NCBI GenBank assembly: GCA_051362555.1 | Contig: CM120646.1 | Span: forward strand, 2,542,001 to 2,606,000 | DNA from: Lingula anatina | Taxonomy: Eukaryota; Animalia; Brachiopoda | Length of the DNA stretch: 64,000 nucleotides | Direction of reading: 5' to 3' | Shown: positions 14,101 to 26,300 of the stretch, one piece after another | How the letters are laid out: every line of letters starts with the position of its first letter | Numbering within the stretch: the first letter of the stretch is position 1 | Program-made: the position numbers and the translations under genes | Notes under the pieces: generated by a model | Seen by the model: the letters and a program-made list of their open reading frames with translations, nothing else | What the model was told of the DNA's origin: nothing | The model's database searches: none

Positions 14101-17100
14101 CCCAAACTACAATCATCAGTAGTTAAGCGATTGGTTGGTAATTCTAATGAATGTATGACAGTTTTTCATGGTAGGGAATTACGGGCGTTAGTGGATACGG
14201 GATCAGTGGTGAGTACTATCTCTGCTTCATGTGCAAAATCGTGTGGCTTGGAAATAAACCCCCTTGAAAGTGTGTTGGGTTTTCAAGTAGCCGGAGGTCA
14301 TAACATTTCATATTTGGGCTACGTCGAGGCTTCTCTTACCATTCCCCATGTAGATAGGTTAGAATCCGATGTGTTTCTATTTTTGGTTGTACCCAATACA
14401 GAGTATCATACAAGAACACCCTTGCTCTTGGGAACAAATATTTTATCACTTGTTATTGACACACAGGGTGTTAATGAAAACGACCTGCCCTATGCATTGA
14501 AACTTGCGCGTGAGTGTATGGTTAAACAACAAAGGGCACCTGATCATGATGGTGTTGTTGGGAATGTGAGGATCACAAAACCCATCACAGTTCGACAAGG
14601 TGAAAAAATGTTGATAAATGGCACATCTAACATTTCTACAAATCAACAAATGTTAGTGTTGGCAGAAGAAAATCTCCATTCCTTTTTACCTGGAGGGTTG
14701 TTGCTATATCCTAGCATTCATATGATACAGCCTTGTTCCTCTCCTTATGACATCTCTGTGGAAATTTCAAATTTCTCTTGCCATAGCATTACCATTCCTG
14801 GTGGTTCGACAATTTGCAACTTATCTCAAGTTTCCATTGTACCTCCTGAATCAACCATTGGAAATGTGGATAATCATGATGATTTTACATGTCAGTTTGA
14901 TGATATGCTTCAGGAAAATTTAAGTCCAGCACAGGTTTCTGAAGTGAAACATCTGTTGTCTAGGTATAAAACCTCCTTTGCTATTCATGACTTGGATTTG
15001 GGAAAGTGTACTACTGTCAAGCATAAAATCAATTTAGTTGATGAGATACCTTTCAAGTCCAAACACTGTCACATCCCTCCATCAATGTTTTCTGAGGTGA
15101 GAAATCATCTGAATGAAATGCTTCAACTTGGTGTCATTCGCAAGTCATCTAGTCCATATTCATCAGGTGTCGTCCTTGTACGAAAGAAAGATGGTTCTTT
15201 GCGCTTCTGCATTGATCTCAGGAAACTCAATGCAAAAACCATCAGAGATGCATATGCATTACCCCGCATTGATGAAACCTTGGATATTCTTTATGGTTCT
15301 TCTTGGTACAGTTGCCTTGATTTAAAATCCGCATATTGGCAAGTAGAAATAGAAGAAGCTGACATTCTGAAAACGGCTTTTTCCGTTGGACCGTTAGGTT
15401 TTTATGAATGTGTTAGAATGCCATATGGGTGTACAAATGCACCAGCGACTTTTCAGCGTCTTCTAGAGTCGTGCATGGGTGATTTGAATCTTGAGCATTG
15501 TCTCATTTATCTTGATGACATTATTGTATTTAGCAAAACATACGAAGAGCACATAGTGAAATTGGAAAATGTTTTGTCAAGATTGCGTGATCATGGTCTC
15601 AAGTTGAAACCCAGCAAGTGCAAGCTTTTCCAGCGCAAGATCAGTTATCTTGGCCATGTTGTGTCCTCCAAAGGTATTGAGACAGATCCCAAGAAACTTG
15701 AGGCTGTAAAGAATTGGCCAGTGCCAAAATCTGTACAAGATGTCATGTCCTTTATTGGTTTTGTTGGGTACTATAGGCGTTTTATCAAGGGATTTAGTGA
15801 AATTGCCAAACCTTTACATGACCTCACAAAAGGTAAAGTGAGTAAAACATCTAAAAAGAGTAGAAAGTCAACTGAAACATTCGTGTGGCAAGCAAAGCAT
15901 GAAGAAGCTTTTCAGGAATTGAAAAATGCTTGTATACATAGTCCTATTTTAGCATTTGCAGATTTTACCCAACCTTTTGAACTAAGGACGGATGCTAGTG
16001 GAAGTGGACTTGGTGCTCTCTATCAAAAACAGAATGGGTTGGACCGAGTTATAGCGTATGCTAGTAGAGGGTTACGTCAGTCAGAGAAAAATTACCCAGT
16101 TCATAAACTCGAGTTTTTGGCTCTGAAATGGGCGGTGACCGAAAAATTTTCTGACTATCTGTATGGGAATAGTTTTACTGTCAAGACCGACAACAATCCC
16201 CTGACATACGTGTTGTCATCAGCAAAATTGGATGTTACAACTCACAGATGGGTTGCCGATCTTGCCAATTACAATTTTAATATAGTGTATGTAGCCGGCA
16301 AAAGTAATGTAGAAGCCGATGCGCTTTCCCGTGTTCGTTGGCCAGAGACGATATCTGAAAATACTTGTCAGGCTATTTGGCAAAGTGCTCAATCCGGGGA
16401 ACCGCTGATCAGTTGTCTGCCATGTTCGGAAGAAGTGATACCCAACGAGATTTTGTCCTCAGCAGTGAATCAGAAGAAAGACTGGAAAAGATTGCAAGAA
16501 GATGATCCAGAACTAAAGAAGGTGAGAGATGTATTGAAAGGTCGAGTCGAAAGCATTAAAGGGAACAGTTTGAAAGTAAAAGGTTTCGAAAAGAGATGAG
16601 TAGCTTGATCTTATCTAATGATGTTCTGTTTCGCACAAAACAAAAGAATGATGGGTCAATTTTGAAACAGTTAGTGTTGCCAAAAGCATACCGAAAAGAT
16701 GCGTTGTACGGATGCCATGATGAGATCGGACATTTGGGCAGAGAGAGAGCTATTGATTTACTCAATCAACGATTTTATTGGCCAGGTATGAGTAAACAAA
16801 TGGGTGAATACATAAGTAAATGCACTAGGTGCATTAAACGCAAAACGCTGCCTGTTGCTCGAGCAGAATTGTGCCCCATATCCTCATCTGCACCCTTAGA
16901 GCTCGTGTGCATGGACTATTTAACTATTGAAGACGGTAAAGGTGGTGTCGGCAATATTTTGGTAATTACAGACCATTTTACTAGATACGCGCAGGCCTAT
17001 CCTACCGCAAACCAAACGGCGAAAACAACCGCCAAAGTATTTTTTGAAAATTTTGTTGTACATTATGGATTTCCCAACCGTATACATACTGACCAAGGAC

Positions 17101-18543
17101 GCAATTTTGAAGGAAAGGTTATAGCGGATTTGTGTTCCATAGCAGGTGTAAAGAAATCGAGAACAACGCCATATCACGCTATGGGAAACGGACAATGTGA
17201 ACGCATGAATAGGACCCTACTTGACATGTTAGGCACATTGTCGCTAAACCAAAAGTCAAATTGGAAAAAACACATTGCTTCTCTAGTTCATGCATACAAT
17301 TGTACGCGTAACAGTTCTACGTCATTTTCACCGTACTACCTAATGTTTGGTAGACACCCCAAGTTACCGGTTGATGTATCATTGGATGTTTCCTCAGAGA
17401 CAACCGCTAAATCTCAGTCTGAGTACGTACGCGAATTAAAAAACCGATTGCAAGAAGCTTTTAACATGGCAAAAGTTCAAATAGAGAGGGCGCAATCTAG
17501 ACAAAAACAAAACTTTGACAGAAAAACAGGGGCGGGTGTTTTGTCAATAGGTGACCGTGTTTTAATTCGGAATGTCGCATTCGATGGTAAACACAAGATT
17601 GCTGATAGATGGCAGAGTGAAGTGTTTGTGGTAGTAGATCAGCCGAATGATGGTATTCCAGTGTATGTAGTGAAAAGAGAAGATGGTGCAGGAAAATCAA
17701 AGACACTACATCGAAACATGTTACTTACCATCTATGAAATGAAACAGGAATATGAAGAAAAACAGAATGAAGAACTTGCAGAAGTACGATCCACAAGAAG
17801 TAGGAACAGGCCAGAATGGATGAATAACAAAGATTGGATATTGTAAATAAAGTTATATGGCATAATAAATATAAATCAAAGATTGATGTTGTTGTTGTTT
17901 TTTTTAATGGTGTGGAACCCATTTCGGGGGGGGGGGGGGGGAATGTAAGGTTTGCTGTGTTTGTTGTGTTAGCTATGATTGTGTTCGGTGTGTATCGTGT
18001 ATGTTCGTATGTGTACGTGGAGGTCAAGGGTTGAAAGACCGCGCCCCATAAAATTTGATTTCCACCTGAGAGTCGGACGGAGATGCAGGTTGAATAACTG
18101 AAATAGGTATTCCAGTGAGCTTGCAGATATTTGGAGATATTTGGAGATATTTGCAGATATTTGTACAATAACAATAAAGAAACATCAACCCGAGCTATCG
18201 GTCTGTAAAGACAATAATAAAAAGATGAAAAATATCTGTACTTTATTGTGTGAAGAATGTAGGGAAAACGTAACGCAATGGAACTCTACTACCACTTACT
18301 TGGGCTAATACCCGACTTTGTTCCACTGGTCCACGTGGCTGACCTGCCAAACGCTGATATATATAAGCTATGTTGTTTTAACTAATTTAGAAACTACAGC
18401 CACATTGATAACATATTTAGAAGACATAGTTATTAGTTTATTTCACTGTGACATATGCATCCACCTGGTGGATGAAAATGACAATAATAAATATTATTTT
18501 AGTGAATATGCTATTAAACAATAACAATGAGTAATACTATTTA

Positions 18544-18593
<50 letters not shown>

Positions 18594-19991
18594 ATAACTA
18601 CTATTGCCGGTAAGTGCAGCACTGTCTTCTAGATCCCTCCTAGCGGTCCATGCAGCATATATTTCAAAACAAATTGACTGCAAATTAAGCACGATTTTCA
18701 CCTTTAAGTTCCGTGGCACGTTTTCATATCATGCTCCTATTATTTCTACAAGTATTCTCTGCCCCAAATACAATAAGATCAAATGTAATCTTACCGTGTT
18801 GTTAAAATAACTTCTTTTTTCTCTTAGCATTTTGGGCTTTTTGAAAAGAGTCAGCATAGAATAACCCAGACACTGGTTTGTTATTTTAATAAATTAAAAC
18901 TAGAGGATCAGAGAGGCGATACTGCCTCCGGATATTGTACCACCAGCTGGAGTAAGCGCATTCGTATGGAACCCCCCCCCCAAAAAAAAAGGGACACTAC
19001 CACCAGTGTTGTGCTTTACAAGCTCTATAAAATGCAATCAACAAGAGTTCTCAAAATATGCAAAACAATATAACTAAAAATGGTACAACCAAGCAGATTT
19101 TCGAATTGACCTGCATTTTCCTACCATTGATCACTCCTGTGATTCTCTAGACAAAAGGCAAATTGGTTTTCCTTGAAATGAGTTGTCAGTGGTGCATTTA
19201 TGCTGACAAAAACGAAAACCTAGGGGCAACACCGGACACATCTCTGCTAGTTTTGAAGATATGAGAGGCGAGAAAATATGCAAAGCTCAGTTCATGGTGA
19301 AAAAGTAATTCAAAGATCAATTTCAATATCATAGTATATGGATTTCTATTCAAGCTGAATAGTAACCATGGGCATTTCTTTGCCAATTTTGCAAATTTAA
19401 AGGCCAGAAAACATGCAAAAAAGCAGTTCATCATAAAATGTAGGTCAAAGGTCAATTTCAAGGTCACACTTAGATTGCCAGTGTATTACTTCCTACTCAA
19501 GTTCAATAGTAACTATGGACCTATCTCTGCCAGTTTTGGAGATTAAAAGGAAAAAAATGCGAAGTTCAATTCATGATGAAAAGTAGGTCAAGGTCAATTT
19601 CAAGGTCACACTTAGATTGCCAGTATATGACTTCCTTTTCATGTTCAATAGTAACTATGGACCTATCTCTGCCAGTTTTAGAGATAAAAGGGAACGAAAA
19701 TTTGCAAAGTTCAGTTCATGGTGAAAAGTAGGTCAAAGATCAATTTAAAAGTCATAGTAAATTGTCTCTAATGACTTTCTATTCAAATTCAATAGTAACT
19801 ATGGGCGTATCCTTGCCAGTTTTGAAGGTTTAAGCATTAAAAAAGTTGCAAAGTTCAGTTTATGGTGTAAAGTAGGTCAAAGGTCAATTTCAAGGTCAGA
19901 GTAAGATTATCAGTATAAGACTTCCTATTCAAGTTCATCAGGAGCTATGGACCTATCTCTGTCACTTTGGCTTCTTCCATTGTTTAATTTA

Positions 19992-20028
<37 letters not shown>

Positions 20029-23000
20029 CAAATTTGCCGGCTCGCGGCACTAAAAGGTCACTTACACTGGCCATTTGCGATAGCTTCCACTCTAGAATCT
20101 ACACCACACAAAGGTGTTCAAGAATTTCTCTTTATTTTTCAACGAACACGTCTTCACATCCAACATGGAGTCCTACTAAATACCAAAACTCCCACCAGAG
20201 GAACGACACAATCATTCGTCTCCTCCGGTGCAACCAAGACAGCAACAATACACAACAGTTGCTTCTTGAAATACACTCCAAAGATTGACCAAACCCATGC
20301 GTTTTTATACAAGGACAGAAATTGCCGAAAAGACCACCCTTCACATTTCTAATCACAGAACATGCAACTGCATGCATCAAGCTTTGTGTGGTAATTAGGT
20401 AATACACCTGGCTACACATGCAGTGACACCTAAGTTTAGGGTTTAAAATAGTGAGAGAGAAAATGTGCAGAAAATTTACCCCCCAAAAAATAATATTCTG
20501 TATAAATTATATAAAGTTTTTGCAACATTAAACAACATTTACCTGCATAGTTATCACTGATTCCTTATAATTCCTTATTACACTGTTAATTTAGACCTTT
20601 TGCAAACTGTATCTTGCAGAGAGCTAAACTGATGGGAGTTAACATGAAAATCTCAACATGTGTGTTTCAATGGCTACTTGAAACTTAATTAGGCAAGTGG
20701 CTAAATGACTTTGAACTAAGGTGTTGATTACCCAAGGGACAATTACAGACTGACCGCCCGTTGTAGCTATATGACACCAAATAAAATAAACATAATTTGA
20801 AAAATGAAAATGTCATACAGAACTGCATTGAACCAAACAGAAAGCAAGCTCACTGATTTTCTAACACAAGCTTCACTTCAGTCCTGTGAATTCTTTCAGT
20901 AAGTTTGATAGGTAACATGTTTTTACCTTAAAGGCTGGCTTTATTGGTTAGATTAATGTATAGGAAATATTTTAGAAGTTGTTAATGATTTTCTTAATCA
21001 GTTTGGGTCAAAAAAGTCCTGCTAAAACAACTAGAATAAGCAATTGGAAAACGAATGGGGAGAGAAACACCCTAAGCAGTCCAAAGAAGACATATTCACA
21101 CGCAGCGAATCGAAACCGTTTTGATGTTTTGGTATGGAGAATCATATGTGTTTTTCTGATGTTTGACTCACCTGCCGTCTTCACTAGCTCTGCAGCTCTT
21201 AAAGCGTCAATCAATATTTTCACTGACGCGTCTGATGTCTTCTTTCTCCACAAAGAAAGGATCTGGAAGCGTTGTTCCCATGCATTTCTTTGGTGGTTCA
21301 TATCGATGTCGTCTATTTCTACGTCTCCTATGGCAAGGTGATATCTAGCCAACATGCGGCAATCTTCCAGTTTAATGTGATCACACAGACTGAGGATAGC
21401 TCTCATGAAGAGGTGGTTCTGATTGAGAAAAGGATAAGACAATGTAATAAAACATATGGTTACACTCCGTCATGATATATTGAAAAATAATAATTATAAT
21501 CCATATATTAATACATAGCAACCAAAAGGTTGAAGTTGTACATTAACTGGATTGGAATAAAAATTACAAATTATAATATTTACATAAAATAAATAATATA
21601 TACAATAAGAGCAAAAGGAGATTGAAATTTGAACAAAAACCTCTAAACGTTTGATAATAGCAAAAGGCAAAGAGTTTCTCAATAAAACACAGACCACTAA
21701 AGGCCTGATAAGGAAAAGGGGATAAAGGTGTATTTAAAACGTTTAGTCCTGAATTCGGTACCTTAAATCTTACTGGCTATTCCATAGTTTCCTGTGGGGT
21801 TTGCAGGTTAATAGGTAATTCAACTTATCTCTGTTGCTTTTAATTTTCGCAAAGAGTGATGTGCAGAGTTCTACGCGGCGGAAAACGCGTTAAGAGGTTA
21901 TTTAAAGGTAATTATTTTTTAAGTCAAGAGAAAATATCCGCATTTAAGATTCTGCAAATAAAAGTAAAGATAAATCTTAATACTAATGTTCTGTTAATTG
22001 TAAAACGGTCAGACAAACTTTTTACAAGATAGGTTTTAAGGCTTTGGTAAAATCATCTGCTTACCATATATTCCTTAATTCTGAAAGACAAACAGCATTA
22101 TCTTTGAAAAATGGCCCGATCATGCTGATTTTCGAACTCAACCTGCGTTTTATAGATATTCATCAGTTTTGTAAGATTAAAGCCAAAAGATTAGACAGGT
22201 TTCCAATTGTTTTTATATAACTGCAAATGCACGACGAAAACGGCGACGGTGGTGACGGCAACGACGACAACAGACGCAAATGTCATCTAAATGTACAGGC
22301 TGTGTCTGCACATAAAAAATCAATATATAGGTTTCATAGGGCTGCAGTAGGATGTTTGATGAAAACTGGCATACCTTAACAACTGAGTTGTTAAATCGAC
22401 ACAGGTACTCCGCGATTGCTGTTTGACCCATCTCTTCTGCCAGCTCGCAAGGTGTTCCTTCTTCCTAAAGATTAGGTAAAACATTTGTGGAAGGGTGTCT
22501 ATTCATCTATATCTTACAAAATCTAAATCGACCAATCTCTCCAAGATTAAAAACAAACCGAATAGCAGTAGGCCTATAATTAATTTCGTGATGTAAACAT
22601 TACTTTTTTTCTTTTCCTAAAGTAAAGTCTAAGCATTTCATTTCGAAAAAATTATAGTTCTTGGACACAAATCTTACTTACGGAAGACCGCAAGCGGGAA
22701 TCTGCCCCATACTGGAAGAGAAGGATCACATTTTGGACATTCCCTCTGAGTACAGCATCGTGGAGTGGTGTTCTTTCGTCCTGTGGGTTTTTGAAATTAA
22801 TGTTTTTTTAATCAAACATTGAATCTGGACTATGCAATAGTATATGTATTTAAGATAGTGTTTTCTATTTTGCTTTAATTCATAATTATTAAAGACAAGT
22901 TTGATTATGCATCAAAGCGGTCTTAAAATAAAGTTTAAAATGTATTCATTCCATTCTCCTATAACATATATGAATGACAGCACACATCCCAAGCGTGTGT

Positions 23001-23293
23001 CCTTTTGTGTACATACATCATCTGGTATATTGGGATCCGCCCTGTGCTGGAGGAGAAGTTGGACACAACGTGTGGCATCTAGCATTGCAGCCAATTGTAG
23101 CGGTGTGCGTCGATACTGTGGATTTGAAGAAATATAATATTTGTTGCAAAATCTGCTTTTTTCTTCGATAATCAGACCATATTATAGTATAATTAAACAG
23201 CCAACTGTATGTAAAATAGTGATTATGCCTGATCAGTAGTAGGCATAGGGAATATTGTAGAATTTGGAAACAACATATACCACAGCATATGTG

Positions 23294-23356
<63 letters not shown>

Positions 23357-26300
23357 GTTTTCATATTAAAATTTAAACAGCAAATACACACAGAGCACAT
23401 ATCCATTCGCATACATTACCAAAGTCTGTATATTGGGATCCGCCCCGTGCTGGAGGAGAAGCTGGACGCACTGTGTGGCACTTTGCTCGACAGCCAAGTG
23501 TAGTGGTGTCTCTCCATTCTGGGGATTTTAAACATGTGAGAGGTTTGGTTCACAATCAGTCTATTTTACAATAAATTATCTTTATTTTAAGATAATTAAA
23601 CATTCTACTGTACAGTGTGTAAACACTTCTCATGTGTGAGTTAGGAAGATATATTCATATATATATATAGATATTTTTAATCCGTAATATATTTGCGATG
23701 GGAAGTTTTAAATTGGACAAAATGTCTGCTACAGTAAATTTGGTTACATGGAATGTGGAGTTTTGAAAAGCCTACACAAACGATGCATACTTACATCATC
23801 CTGTATATTGGGATCTGCCTGCTGCCGGAGGAGAAGCTGGGCACACTGCGTGACATCTCTGTCTTCAGCCTAATGTAGTGGTGAACAATTATACTGTGGA
23901 TGTAAAAATGTGCAACTTTCTCGCAAATTGTATTTTATTTATACATTTACTTCATAAAACATCATAACATCATAAAAGATCCGCGACTTAAAGGAGGAAT
24001 CAACACATATGTAACCTTTGTCTAGAAGAAAAACGGTTAATTATGCCCACTCCAGGTACTATGAATAAAAGAACGGAAATTATAACCATTGGATGTTACA
24101 AGGTGACGTAATTGCCAAGGCGTGCGACCTACCTGTAAGTGTCGTCACGCTGTTAAAAAAACGGTTGAAACATCATTTTAAATAAACACTTTCTGATAGG
24201 GCATATAGCCTATGGGTATTTCCATGAAACTCAAAGATGAGGTTGACACGTATCTTGTGTTAGTTTTATTCATTTATTTATTTGTTTATATTTAGTTATA
24301 CAGGTGTATATACATGTACGTTTTGATGGAAGCCAGAGATTTATTTTAGGTGCATTTTTTCTGTAGGGCAGTTATCGGTTGACATAGAGTAGCCCCATAT
24401 CTCTGAGAAGTAAGGATTGGAGAAATGTGAGTATCAAATAACATCTCTTTAAAAGAGTTGCAAACATTACTCTGAAGTGGAAGAGACTTGGACAGACGGA
24501 AGAATGCCTTTGCAACACGTTAGTGGAGATTACGTCGAATTTTTGAAGAGCTTACTTGTGGTTTAGAAGGAGATCCAGATACATGTATTTGTTGCCCTTT
24601 TGGATTGGTTTTCCAAACAGAAAAAAAATCAATATTTGCAGCTTTTTGCAAAATTTAAAAAACAATAGCCATGTTAAAGTAAGTTTGACACAGTGTGCTG
24701 TCATGTCCGTAATTATCTTTTATAGGAAGGACGTTAAATGCATTTTTGTGATGGGAAATTATCCTGTGAATGCGTTTTAAACTTTGATAGCCCTCCAGCC
24801 CCGCTTGGGGGGGGGGGGGTACGAGCTAGGACTTATGGTTCCTCAACATCCGGTCCTCCCAGTGATCCCTCGTGCCAACTTCCGGTCTCCCGAAGGCATT
24901 TCGGGTGGAAAAATCGTGGAAGTAATAAGCATTACTTGATCTCGACATGCTCTAAGTTACTGTCGTCTGAGTGTTTGTTTCACGCGCTAGACGGAAACAT
25001 ACGACTTACCGACCAGAGCATGTCGTGTGGCACAAAACAAGGTCATTTAATTTTTGATGCGATATTTTGATTAATTGTTGCCAAAAATCGGTTGGGATGT
25101 GGTAATTTGTTTTGTTGCGGTAAATTTTCACTGCACACTGCTCAAAATATCTTTATAGCTGTAGATCTAATTTGGATTCTGCAACCCTATAAAACATTAG
25201 CTTCCCCTTCAAAACAAAGTAATTCGAAACGAAACACCTTTGATGATAAGAAGTAAATGAAAACCCTATGGACCTTTCCCGTAAAATACAACCATTGCCA
25301 TTTACCGTTTTAGCGACCAGCCCCTCTTAGATCCTGTTTGTGTCTTGCAGAACAGTTGCTTCCCTCTTTTCTGAGTGACATGGGATAAGCAAAACAGAAA
25401 ACACCCGAAGAAAATCTCACTCGACTTGTAATTCTGGGAGGAAACTGGATAAAACTTGCCAAGAAACGTAAATTTCATGTTACTGTTACGTGGAAAAAAT
25501 CCATAACCAATGCATAACTTGTAAAGGGACATGGTATAACAGTCTGCCCAATTGCCAGTGCAAATAAAATTGGACTGTTCCGGTGAAATTTCTTAAAAGC
25601 AGTCAGTTACTGACCCAGTTTATTGTTTTTCAGCGGTATTGTCATGTAGTCCAATTTGATTTATAGATATTTAGACTATATGTTGTCTTTATTTGTAATA
25701 AACTTTTGAAAATCCCATTTTTAATCTTATTTGTAATAAAAAGCTCGTTTATTTAAGTATTTTTTTTTTCAATTTAATTTCAATTAATTTATTTTGTTTA
25801 TTTAATATTTATTATTTGAGAATTGATCTGTAAGTTAAAAAGTGTTGGACTGGTATAAGCAAGTCAGATGAAGAAAAATACAATTATTTTATATGCACTG
25901 TTGAGAAAAAGATTTCCCAACATAGACTGCGTAAAACTGAAAATTGTAGCAAGTTTATCATGCTTGTACATTTATTAATTAAAGTTTAATTAAGTGTAAA
26001 TTATGTAGTCTATGGGCCAATGTAGACCCCCCCTTAGATATTTTCGTTCACTATGTTTTTCTGATAGTTTAGGTACTAAGCTTGATTTTTTGCTTGTTTG
26101 TCATTAAACCGGTGGTGGGTGTGTGTGCTACAGCCGTTGCCATGGTAACGGCTGAGACTAAAAATTGAAATTTCTGAGACCAAAGAAATATTAAAATGTT
26201 CAAATGTATTAAGTAAATGGAATTCAAAATCATTTCAGATGTATAGTTTAAGAGCTGCACTATAGTAGTATGAAATCAGGCTGACAGTTACTATCGGCGT

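Larger units (their letters stand above)
11201..18206 (+). mobile_element. Near-intact Ty3/Gypsy LTR retrotransposon
   Basis: LTRs 11201-11467 and 17944-18206 (one mismatch seen, 3' LTR lacks its last 4 nt), PBS, poly-G PPT, gag then PR-RT-RH-INT. Confidence 0.97.

Noticed and set aside
21774-22080. Two minus-strand micro-exon candidates (22065-22080, 16 nt; 21774-21791, 18 nt) with AG/GT sites
   Set aside because: Both give an in-frame stop after the phase-0 E20 donor, and E20 joins the death-domain exon directly in frame; RNA evidence would be needed
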